Origin: Ylistrum balloti | Taxonomy: Eukaryota | Length of the DNA: 64,000 nt | Assembly (NCBI RefSeq): GCF_031769215.1 | Contig: NW_026781917.1 | Coordinates: 2,170,001 to 2,234,000, forward strand | Reading direction: 5' to 3' | Shown here: positions 13,831 through 25,600 of the stretch, piece after piece | Position numbering within the stretch: the first letter of the stretch is position 1 | Layout: each line of letters opens with the position of its first letter | Notes under the pieces: model-generated | Told to the model about the DNA's origin: nothing | What the model saw: only the letters and a program-made list of their open reading frames with translations | The model's database searches: none | Translations under genes and position numbers: made by a program

Positions 13831-16384
13831 TTCGTGTGATGCAATGAAGAGTTTTTGTCTGGCTGGCTATTCCATCACAGGGGTTTTTTGAGTATAAGAT
13901 ATAGCGTTACGTCTTTCTCTCGTCTTCGGTCGACGGAGAGGATAGTTTAAGAATACTGTCGTAGCATTTGCGGCGTCTAGCAGGCGAAGCATATGTAAAC
14001 TATGTTATAATATCGTATTTGAAGTCTTGTTTGCAGTCATAGTTTTCCGTTTTGTACATTAAAGAATATGGCATTTGACCTCCCTTTTGATTACAGTTAT
14101 GAACAATCTGCGATGTAAATACTTAACATTCCGGATATTTATATTATCCTTTAAAATAATACTATATAATGTAGATTTTCCCACAGTTAACAGTTCATGT
14201 TCAACAAAACGATTTGTCATTTTCGTGTCCGTTTTGTTTAAAATATATAATCATTATTAAATCAAATTTATTTCAAAATAGAAACGGAAATTGTTATTCC
14301 TGAAATGAATATCTTCATTAGTTTGGTTACAAGCTTGTGCATGCAGTTGTGAAAATAATTATCTTAAAGTGTTGTAACTCTAACACAATTATTCATCTAG
14401 TGTGTAGTATGGTTATGTGTTTCATACGTGAACAATCGGTATAGTTTCCTCTGTGCTATTCTTAACGCAACCAAATTGTTACAAATTCTCAAATCTCATG
14501 AAACGTTTGATTTCTAAATTATAAATCTGCACGTATTCAAATTTCTTTTTAAAATGTATTTTTATTGGTGCCTTCAACATGCAACAATGAGGCTAGGTAT
14601 TGTTAAACAGGTAGAAGGCGGTGCAATCTTTATCGTGTTTCACCGTACAATCTTTCTGATAGCAGTGTGACCCTAATATAGGAAATAACTGATAAAACGT
14701 GCATTGAATTTTAAGTGGGACGTCAACTATGTCAGGGAAACATTGATAGCTATCTTAGTAATTGTAGTAACTGAGACAAGGGAAGATGCAAGTGGACCAG
14801 CCACCATAGTTAGTTGTTTTGGAGTATTAATCCAAGGTGAGTGATGATTACGAGTCATGCAATAACTTCTGTCATTAGCATCATGATCAAATTACCACTT
14901 ACATAGTCGTTTCTATTACAATACCTGAAAGTAACCCCTTAGCAGAAATGCACTTTTGGAATCGAGATGTCGGTGACGTAAACGGTTCGACGTAGTTTCT
15001 TGTTGGTATACTGGTCACTAGACACTAGAATACTGCAGGACACAGCTAACTTCAGACAACATCAGCAGGGCTAATGTATGGTATACAGAGATAGCGGTTA
15101 ATCTGTACTACTTGTTCCGGGAATGTCTTTAATATCCCTTTTGTGGAATGAAGCACTTTACTGAGTAAACTGCATTCAGTCCTTCGTTTGGACATTTTTG
15201 TGAGGATTTTGATATTGTTATTGCCTGGTATGTAAATTACTCACCCATCAGTGTCAAACAAAACTGTATGTGCCTCTTAATTTATATATCCATATTATTT
15301 ACTCTTCCGTTTCCTTCACTTACAATTACCATACTTTTTAACGGCATATTTCAAACCCTTGGAATATTTAGATCTCAGCCACGGTATGGTATCACGGGGT
15401 AAATAGACATTTTGAAAAAAATAAAAGCATAAGGTGTGTGTTGACGGATACACTGACATCCATACCATCTATCTAGTATACACTATAATGACCATCCTTC
15501 TCATCCGATGCTGCCTCAGCAGAACAGCACTGGACCTGCTTCTTCTCAAAGAGGCCACATATTTGCCAAAATAGACAGCACATCTGTGCAAGCATTTGTT
15601 TCGGATGTATTTGTAAAGCACGGCGAATTATAATATAGTTTTATAAATCATAATTTTCATTTAAACATTCAAAATCGGTCACTGGGTCAGGAGTGTATAC
15701 TTTTCATTAATGCTTATTTTGCTAAATTTTTAATGGGTTGTATTTAACGTGTGTTGTTATTTGAATGTCTATCCGGTGTGTTTTATTGCTTGTTTCTTCT
15801 GGAGTCGTTTAGTGACAGAATTTGTCGGCTGGCCCTCTTAGCTTAAATATTCCTTTGTTTTATAAACACGATATATATCTTGTAAGTTATTACGTCCTCC
15901 AAAAGCTGTTATGAAATATCCACTGAAGAACTCTATGAAAGACAGCCGGAAGTAAAGAATATCTCAATTTGCAGAATTAGATATAATGAAATAATGATTT
16001 GAAATAGGAAAAATAGAAGCAGCAGCAAAGAATGACTGATTTCCTCTATACTGACTTGTCCTCTTATCTGTTTAAATATCATCATACTTCTCATCATTCT
16101 CAATTCAGTTGTAAAGTTAAACGATTAAGATATCTTCAGGAAAATTGCTCGCCATCAATGGCAAGAGAACTTCCAGGTCTATATTTCTGCATATACGACA
16201 ATAGCGGTAACATAAAGGGGGGCTTTATCTAAATCATTGTTCTTTATAGTTGTACCTGCTGATCAAGCCATATACAACATTACGTCGCCCCCAGAGTCTT
16301 CAGGGAAAGACGTTAGAGGTGAATATTGTGTCAACAACATCTTTACAGTGTCTCGAAGTGCCTGGCAAAAATAACTGAAACGAT

Positions 16385-17062
16385 ATGATGGAGAATTCGT
16401 TAAGGAGAGAATTAGAACTAACGCAAAAAGATGGAATTTCCAAGAGAGAACGTGAACTAATGCGAAGAGAGGATAACATTTCTAATAGAGAACGTGAACT
16501 AATGCAAAGAGAGGATAACATTTCTGAAAGAGAACGTGAACTAATGCAAAGAGAGGATAACATTTCTGAAAGAGAACGTGAACTAATGCAAAGAGAGGAT
16601 AACATTTCTGAAAGAGAACGTGAACTAATGCAAAGAGAGGATAACATTTCTAAAAGAGAACGTGAACTAATGCAAAGAGAGGATAACATTTCTAAAAGAG
16701 AACGTGAAATAAAAAAGACAGAATTAAAGCTAAATCGGAGAGAAGATGGTTTTACAAGTAGAGAATTACAACTTTCGCGAAGAGAAGATGAAGATTCCAG
16801 GGGAGAAGTAGAATTATTGCGAAGAAGAAGAGATGAAAATTCATCGAAAGATTTATTACTTTCGCGAGAGGATAACATACCAAGACATAAAGATGTCCTT
16901 TTATCTAGACAGCGTATCATTACTGTGAATAAAACTCATATTCATGTAGGCGATATTGTAAAAAATCACCAGCACATCAATATATCTAAATGTAAGACTC
17001 TACAGATGCGAACCGGAATGGTAGAAGACGATGAAAGAATTGGAAGCAATGATTCTGCATGA
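16385..17062 (+). pseudogene. Paralogue B: partial copy with a 225-aa open frame and expanded coiled coil
   Basis: Six 42-bp repeats encoding RERELMQREDNIS(E/K/N). C-terminal DIVKNHQHINISKCKTLQMRTG aligns with DIVHTPLYVEISECKTVQIGTG of copy C. In-frame TGA at 16376-16378 just upstream. No N-terminal region or terminal WGP exon found nearby. It could still be a translated short gene. Confidence 0.6.
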
Positions 17063-17935
17063 GCAAATTCACCGGGTAACAAGCTGATTATCAGTTTATT
17101 AGTTATATATCCATACAACACACAACCCATAGATATATGAATTTCATGACCGTTGATTTCTTTCATACTGTTATATATCATATCATATGTACGCCATTAT
17201 TGTTTGTTAGGATTTATCATATTTTCTACATAGTAAACGGCAGATAAAATCAACTGTTCATGAGAATATCTATTGAATGACTGCATTAGAATTGTAACTG
17301 TTGTTGTATTTCTTACTTAAATTGCAATTGTATTTATTACATAGACACTAATTCATAAAAAATGTGGTTTAAACGGAACACAACTCGCTATTTTCTTCAA
17401 ATTTGCTATTGAAAATAAAGATATTTTTCTTATTATCTAAACCTAGTGTTTGTTAAATATACTCAAGATCCTAATATGTAGGTTGCTTGTTATAACTCTT
17501 TAATCTTTTCTCTGATGACCCCAATGTCCTGGGCTACTTGTCTGAGGCCTAGTCTATATACACACTGTTCGACGGAAACCTGTCGGTCGGAGGGGATTTG
17601 AGGTCGTGGCTTAACACTACTTAGTTAATTGTCAATGCACAATTGGTAAGACATACTGATGGCCAGTAATACCAATATTACATAAATGAATGGACTATCG
17701 GCTCATATTTAATACATTTTTGCAAAACAATCAGTGTTTTTGTCGCCTAAAAATCAAAGTCAGATAAAAATGAAACCATCAAACAAATAGAGGTGTAGAG
17801 TCTTGCCGATTCCCTTAAGACACAAGAGAAATGTTTTACATTCTATTGATTTCCTTCACTAAACGTAAATAGTTGATAAATAAATAAATATTTAAAGTGA
17901 TGTCTACAGGGTGATGATTGAGGCCTGCCTGATTG

Positions 17936-17936
<1 letters not shown>

Positions 17937-17966
<30 letters not shown>
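17937..17966. repeat. (GAT)10 microsatellite
   Basis: Ten perfect GAT units. Confidence 0.95.
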
Positions 17967-17968
<2 letters not shown>

Positions 17969-18400
17969 GGCCTATAACAGGATAATGAGTACGGTGTGCA
18001 AGTGTCAGAGTAAGTGTGTCTGTATGATGTTGCATGTATGACTTGTCATTTATCTGTTATTGTTTTAATTGGCAAAAATGAATGAAAAATAAAAAAAGAA
18101 TTACAAAAAAAAAAAAAAAAAAAAAATATTTGAAAGGCGTTTTCTTTAAACATATATAAAGATCAATAGATAGTGCGTTCTTCTATCTTCGTTGATAATT
18201 GATTGCAAATATTTCATACGGAATATTTAGCACTATCCTAAGAATGCAAGTAATTTTGTGTAGTTTTGTTTATGTAGGCTACATACCTTGATCTTTTTGT
18301 ATACAAATTTCTATGATATATCTACTAAAAGGAAGTATTTTCTATCGTTCTTCTGTTTCATATTTTAAGCATGTGCTTTCTTCTGGTCATGTATTATACA

Positions 18401-18565
18401 TTTAATGTCCCGCATTGAAAGATCGGGGGCATATTGCTTTTGTGTTGTCTGTTTCTCTGTTGTCAACTTTAACACTGCCCAAAATTATTGCACCGTAAGA
18501 GGTAGAGCTTTCATATTTGGCATGTATGTCCCATGTGATCAGAGCCTGTGACCTTGACCATGCTA
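18401..18565 (+). mobile_element. Fragment of a pearl/CvA/HINE-like bivalve interspersed element
   Basis: End motif TTTAATGTCCCGCATTGAAAGATCGGGGGCATATTG (imperfect hairpin), followed by CTTTCATATTTGGCATG and TGACCTTGACC core motifs. It matches the inverted copy at 33.7-34.1 kb. The family name is from recall. Confidence 0.6.
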
Positions 18566-19562
18566 TTAGCACATGCCGTAGTTAAGTTTTGATGTGCCAC
18601 CTCAGACATTTGTTGCAACCGCGTGCATAGTGTTTCATAAACACATCTTGTCTTCTTTTACAAACACTATTTATCGTTTTGGATTGAAAGGATACCGGCA
18701 TTAAAACGCTAAATGGAAATGAGGTACTCCAATGTTGCTGACAAGTTTACGTTTTCAAAAAAAAAACTGTGATCAAATCTCTGTGTACTTGAGTTTAAAT
18801 CTATATATAAATATGTATTTCAGTTCAGATATGAACATTCGTTGATTTCGTTATCTGCTGTTGTATTTGTGATGATTAGACATGACAAATATAAGCGTTG
18901 CTCGATGGACTTGATGCACTCTGCGTTTATTTATTAAACCAAATCATTATCAGAACAAAATAAATAATTCGTGGAACAGTTAGATAGCTATATTAGGTAC
19001 AACAGACATGTGAAGGCGCTACAACAGACCGCAGTTTTCACCACAGGTAAGAAAACATCGACCTCTGTTGAAAGATATTGATGAAAATTTGAACAGACGT
19101 ATATTTAATTACCTTTGTTTTATTGAAGTTGCTGTTTTTCTCTCTCCATGTGTTAAGCATGACATTGTACACTTTTAAGCTTTCCAAGGAGACGGACAGA
19201 AATTTTACCTTTCCTCTTTGTCTTCTTAGCGAAAGACATAACCTAAATTTACCAGTGTGTATTGTGGGACATTCGTCGATAAATGCTTCCAATCTATCAG
19301 TAAAAATCTCGTACTTAGATCGAAATCTGATTCATATAAGAGTGTCTTATAATCAATTATGTATCATATTTGTGAACAACATACTATTTATCTGTGACGT
19401 TTAAGTGAAGGAATATCAGTTGATTTAGAAGTCATATATATATATAAACATTTAGATAAACTGCAGTAACGACAGTGGTTATCTTTAAGCTGTAAACAAG
19501 AATGCAAAATATTCATAAAAAAAAGAATGATTTTAGATTTGTTTTCAGTGCTTACTTCCAAA

Positions 19563-21014
19563 ATGGCTACAGGGAAATCTGTTTCTAACAATCCTCTGAT
19601 GAGGAGTATCTCAACGGAAAGTGGTGCTTCATCAAGACGTTCAAGTTCATTTTCCTGTATAAGTACAGACGACAACAGCGATGACACCATGGACAGGACA
19701 AATGAGGAAAAGAGAAAAGCGAAGAAAAAAAGTCACACACTTTTCCGGAAAGCTCATAGTGAAACAAAAGATAAAAACGCGGTAGGTAAACATCAGCGTG
19801 ATTCTTCCAAGCTTAAACGTCGATTAAGAAACTTTTTTAAAACAAAGAGGAAATCAGATCATTTCAATGTTTCCTTTTCACACACAGACGATATTGATAG
19901 TTGTGATACTGTTGACACTGAAAGGCATGTGCAACAGAAAGGTATACAAGATAATACCCAACCGGATTTCATTAATGATTTTTCACAACGCCATTCAAAG
20001 ATTGGTGATAATACTTCAAATGGGCTCACTGTAGAAAGCTGCGAGAACGATGAATTGCGACTCATAACAAACAAAAAGGAAGAGGAAATGAATGAGAAAC
20101 AAAAATATCGATTAGACAACAGCTTAAAGTCAGTTTCAAAGAAAGAATCAGAGCTTTCGAGAAGGGATGAGGATTTTTTGAGGAAGGAAAATGATCTTTT
20201 ATCCAACGCCATAAAAACTTTGAATGAAATGGCTGCTGTCCTTAGCGATATTGTGCACACTCCACTATACGTTGAAATATCTGAATGCAAGACTGTTCAG
20301 ATAGGAACTGGAAGCGAGGATGTCCAACAGAATTTGCAACAAGTTCGCAAAATGCTGGACAGTATATGTGCAAAGTATGACGATATCAAGGTAAAAACAT
20401 ATGCGACAACCAATAACCAACAACTTATAGCAATAATTTATTGTATACATGGTTAAATCAATATACATCAATGTTGGCTTTTCCTGGCGTCCCACAACAT
20501 CTCAATATTACGTTCCTTGCTTTACATTTGCGAAATTTTGCTGCATTCATATATTACATAATTGCCATTAATTTACCATAATTAGATGAGATTATAGTAA
20601 ACATCAAAATATTTTGCAGTATCATTTAACATACATCATAATTTCGATTTGCAGCATACGACGGAGGCAACACTAAATAGTGTGAAAAAACTACAAAATG
20701 AGTCTTCGGGTCACAAAAAGCAGTTGCACAAACTAGCTGAATTTCTTGAATCAAACCTGAGACGTCATACATCTGCTGAGGAGCCAGAACACTTAACAAA
20801 ATCTACAAACAATACACAAAATCAAGTGCCTTCTTGTGATCGGTGTAACCCTGCTAGTCCGAAACCTTCTGGTAATATATGGGGACCGTCTACCGTTCAT
20901 GATTTTGTTGTCAGCTCACATGTAACTATAGATAAAAACGTGAAACAGGTGATGGCAGATGTTCAGTTGATCAAAAACAGTTTATTGTCAGAACACCAAA
21001 GTACATATATGTGA
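19563..21014 (+). CDS. Paralogue C: intact two-exon gene, 395-aa coiled-coil protein with a RHIM-like VQIG motif and a conserved CxxC/WGP C-terminal region
   Basis: Acceptor GTTTTCAG ends 19548. CDS exon 19563-20390 (828 nt, phase 0, donor GTAAAA) joins exon 20655-21014 (acceptor TTTGCAG, ends TGA) with no interruption. Exon boundaries sit at homologous positions in paralogues A and D. Confidence 0.85.
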
Positions 21015-22040
21015 ACAATACTACCTTTTTAAAACAAAAACGGAAAGAATTACCTGGAAAAAGTAGCAATAAGAGACTGTTGAGAAGTGTTCCGAAACAC
21101 TAGACACTAAACACAGAAAAAAAATCAGTATCAACTTTTTTCTATGAAATTATTGATGATTCATTATGAGATATCATAGCTGTGTAATGGTTGAGCAGAT
21201 GTACATTTTTCCCTCGGCTTGGCGATTTGGTCCCGTAGATAGTGAGTTCGAGGCCTGGACAGGACACAAGTCAAAAATTATCTTCCTTCGTCAAACCTGT
21301 CATTAGGTACAAAATATCAATACATCATATGCGATAAAGTTGTTGATTCTAAGTCTCACTTAGTGTAAAATGCACACCTTGATCCCTGTTCTTTCAAGTT
21401 TGTTCATCAAAAATCTTAAAACAATGATATCTTAAGATAGAAATGATAGAAAATGTACAACAGTTGGATTATACGATCATACCAAAACAAATATTTCGTT
21501 TGAAATATCGGAGACAAATCCCTGAATTGTGATTGATATATATCTAAAGGGAAATAACTCAAATATAAGTGTTATGTGTGTAGATTTACTCGGCAATTAT
21601 TTCACGCATCGTGATCGTGAGGTCAGATTTGTCTATATGGTAAGATAATGGGAATACACCACAACGGTGGTGAAATCATCAATATTCGGAAAGTTTATGA
21701 TATATATCAGTATCCTTTACAAGTTGTATGGTTTCGTGCACTAAATTCTGTACCAAAAACAACCAAGTAAAGTGTATGTAGTGGTGATATTCCAAATGGC
21801 TGATATCAAGGTTACAGAATAAAGTTGTACGTTACACCCACTGATTAGACATGACTGAGATCTAATTTCCAACGTCACAAAATAGTTGGCACAATGCCAG
21901 ATTCTAAATAAAGAATGATCAAGGTTAATGAGATGACGTTCCCCTTCATATTCGTAGAAACAGATTTCGATGTAATATGACGTATGTAATGAGCTCACTT
22001 ACCGATATAGATTTGTAAAATCGTTCTTAACAGTAAATGT

Positions 22041-22197
22041 TGTCACATACAAAGAACCACACCATGTCTTGTTACAACAACATTCTATTCAGCCAGACGC
22101 TTGACATACATATTAACAATTACAAACACAGATGAGACCAAGACTAACGGGTAACACTATTGACCTGAACATGGACGTTAAATGTGATTACACGACA
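22041..22197 (-). repeat. 3' LTR of the Gypsy element
   Basis: Direct repeat of 27127-27283. On the minus strand it is preceded by a polypurine tract (plus-strand TCTCTCTTTTTTTTCTTTTT, 22198-22217). Confidence 0.95.
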
Positions 22198-22610
22198 TCT
22201 CTCTTTTTTTTCTTTTTAACTGAAAGATCTTTAACACTATAACACTAATAATAAAATGAGTTATATTTACCATATCAATAGTGTTTGTTATTTCTTATCA
22301 TTTAGCACAGTTCTCAGACCAAAAGTCTTTTCATAAAAGCAATACAACGGTTGTATTTCTTGTAAATGATAAGAACTATTTTATATTGAATGATATCCAA
22401 ATAAATCACAATGTTCTTGAACTTCGTCAATGAGTAGGATAACATTAACAAACCAAAGAATAGATCAAAGAACATATGATAATAGAACGCGTATTGGAAC
22501 ACGTTACGGAACACATCAGGGAACACTTGGAACACATCCTGCCAGGAAATCACAACTAAATATTGTTTTGACTAGAACTATAACTGTTTAAGCTTTGTAT
22601 ATGTTAATAT

Positions 22611-25600
22611 TCACTGGAACCGACTTGGTTTCCGAACTTCGCGACCTGATTTAGTTTTATATGGACTTTTGACTAAATCACGAGGCTTATCCTCAGGACT
22701 GACAGTTGGTACACATGCAGGTTGTGACTTGAGGTCAACCACGGAGTGTATTGTTGGACTTTGAACTGCAGGACTTGTGATCTCCAGCTTTATATCCTCA
22801 TCATCCAGTGTAGGTAAGGACTTTGTTACTTTGAGATGCTTCCTGTTCCTTCTGTATTTCTTTCCATCTGATGTCTGTACTACATTGGATCTAGGTGTCT
22901 GGTGTTTATCAACTACAGTGCTGTGCGTCCATGTTCTTTCATTACCTGTTTTCATCATGACAGTGTCATTCTCTTGTAATGGTTTGCGACCTTTTGTTGC
23001 ATGTCTATTAAAATAATTTCTTTGTCGAAATTGTCTTAACTTTAAACTGTCCTGAATCTCGTCTGACGCTCATGGTTTCAACAATGGGGTTGCTGTTGGT
23101 AGGGTGGTCTTAAGTCGCCTTCCCATGAATATTTGTGCAGGTGAAAGGTCAATTCCATCGATCGGTGAGTTTCGATAATCGAGTATTGCTAGGTATGGGT
23201 CATTTGCCTTCTTCAGTAGTCCCTTTACTGTCTGTACCATTCTTTCCGCTTGGCCATTTGATGAGGGGTAATGTGGACTCGTGGTAGTGAGTTGAAAACC
23301 GTAGTCTTTTGAGAATTTGGTAAATTCCCGACTCGCAAACTGTGGTCCGTTGTCACTTATGACTTGGTCTGGAATTCCATAGTTGGAAAACTGGCTCTTT
23401 ACATGGTTAATGACAGAGCTTCTTGTCAGTCCTTGTAATTTTGAGATTTCAGGCCACTTTGAAAAATAGTCTACGCTAAGCAGGTAATGTTGCCCCTTAA
23501 GTTCAAATAGATCCATTGCCACTTTAGCCCATGGTCGGTTTGGTATGTCGTGGGGTATAAGTGGTTCCTTTGCGTTGCTGTTTGTGTGTCTAGCACAAAT
23601 GTTGCATGTGGCAACCTTCTCTTCTATATCAGTACTCATTCCTGGCCAAAATAGTACTTCCCTCGCGCGTGCCTTACATTTGACCATACTAAGATGCGCC
23701 TCATGTATCCGGTCAAGCATTTCTGGTCGCAGAGACTTTGGAATGATCAGTTTGTGTACTTTGAACATCAATCCATCAATGCAGGTAATTTCGTCGCGAT
23801 AATTCCAGTATGTCTGAATTTGTTGATCAACTTCCTGTTTGGTTTCCGGCCAACCAGTCATTATTTGTTGTCTCAGCCTTGACATCTCTAGGTCATTCTC
23901 TGTACCTTCTTTGATAGTTTTGTACTTTTCTGATGAGACCGTTAAATATGCCAACAAATAGAGTTCATTGACAGCAAGATCCTCTACTAAAGTTTCCTCT
24001 GTTTCCTCTAGGAATGCCCTTGACAGTGTGTCAGCTACATATAACAATTTGCCTGGTTTATAGGTCACCTCCAGGTCATACTTTTGGAGTGTGAGCACAG
24101 TTTCTGAAGTCGAGCAGGTACTTTATACATAGACTTCTTAAATATGCTCTGTAACGGTTTGTGGTCAGATTCCACTTGAACTTTCCTCCCATAAAGGTAT
24201 TGATGGAATTTTGTGCATCCGTACACTATTGCGAGAGTCTCTTTCTCTATCTGTGAGTAGCGTTCCTAAGTAGGAGTTAGTGCCCTTGATGCATATGCAA
24301 TAGGTTTACCGTCCTGTATGATTGCTGCACCCATTCCTTTTGAGCTACTATCCACTGTCATTACAATCGGTTTGTTTGTGTCAAAGTATGTCAACACTGG
24401 TGCCTTGGTCACCATCAGCTTCAATTTATTGAAACTTTTTTCCTGTTGGGCTCTCCATTCCCAATGTGTTCTTTCCCAGGAGTTGTCTTAGTGGTGCGGC
24501 TACCTCAGACAAGTTTGGCAGGAGTTTTGCTAGATATTGTACAAATCCTAAGAAGGTCATCAGTTCCTTTTGATTCTGTGGTGCCTTCATTCCTTTAACC
24601 GCTCTAACCTTGTCAGGGTGTGGTCTAAGTCCATCCTTGCTAAGGACGTGGCCAACATATGTCACTTCCTGTCTCCCAAACTGACATTTATCAGCATTTA
24701 ATTTGAGGTTATAAGCTTTGAAGGACTTCTTGTAGCCTTCTGTCATGTTCCTCGACTGACTTTCCCCAGACTAAAATGTCATCTACTATAGCTTCTGCGC
24801 CATCAATGTCTTCCACCATGTTTGACATTACTGACTGAAAAACTTCGGGTGCAGAGTTCAATCCAAATGGCATGCGGAGAAATCTATAGCGTCCAAATGG
24901 TGTGTTGAATGTACATAGCTTTGAACTGGGCTCGTCAAGTTGTAATTGCCAAAACCCAGACGTAGCATCCAGTTTGGAGAAATATTTGGCTTCCGGAATC
25001 CATGCTACTATTTCCTCAATGGTCAACATAGGATAGTGTTGTCTCTTGATAGCTGTATTCAAATCTCTTGGGTCCAGACATATTCTGATTTTACCATTTG
25101 GCTTGGTAACCGTTACCATGCTATTAACCCAGTCTGTAGGTCCTTTCTCAAGCACAATTATGCCATTTTTTCCCATTTGTGCCAATTCCAGTTTTACCTT
25201 GTCCCTTAATGCCACCGGCACTTTTCTCGGAGGGGGTGGGGGGGGGGGGGGGGGGTGGGGGGGGGGGGGGGGGGGTGTGTATCACCGGCTGTTGTACTGT
25301 ACTGTTAATATGTATTGTGTGATATCCTGGTAGACAGCCTACTCCACTAAATAGTTCGCTGTACTCTTCTTTTAGCTTTTCGTAGCGTACTTGACTATCA
25401 TTGTTTGTAGAGCTTCTGTTCAGCCCAAATAAGCGTTTCACCAGTCCAATCGACATAGCGCTCTCTGCTCCTATGATTGTAGGGGCTGTTTTCTCAATTA
25501 CTTGAAATTGTATCACATGATTGTTGTTGTCCTTGAAATTACATTGAAGCTTCACAGTTCCAATTGATTTAATTGCATGACCACTATACGACCTCAGCAT

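Noticed and set aside
16300-16920. 206-aa minus-strand S/L-rich ORF (also 19859-20290)
   Set aside because: Antisense shadow of the E/R/K-rich coiled-coil exons.
16933-16956. IHVGD in paralogue B as a second RHIM
   Set aside because: It aligns with the helical VLSDIV/LDEIM segment of copies C and D, not with the VQIG position.
19123-19404. 93-aa ORF upstream of paralogue C
   Set aside because: No counterpart in the other paralogues. C begins after an acceptor at 19548, so this is probably intronic (candidate UTR donor at 19047).
21175-21265. Possible tRNA or SINE head (TAGCTGTGTAATGG...GAGTTCGAGGCC)
   Set aside because: Box spacing is too long and no cloverleaf forms; at most a decayed SINE.
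25148-25280. Polyproline C-terminus of the 383-aa gag-protease ORF
   Set aside because: Artefact of the G/C homopolymer expansion; the native frame continues into RT.
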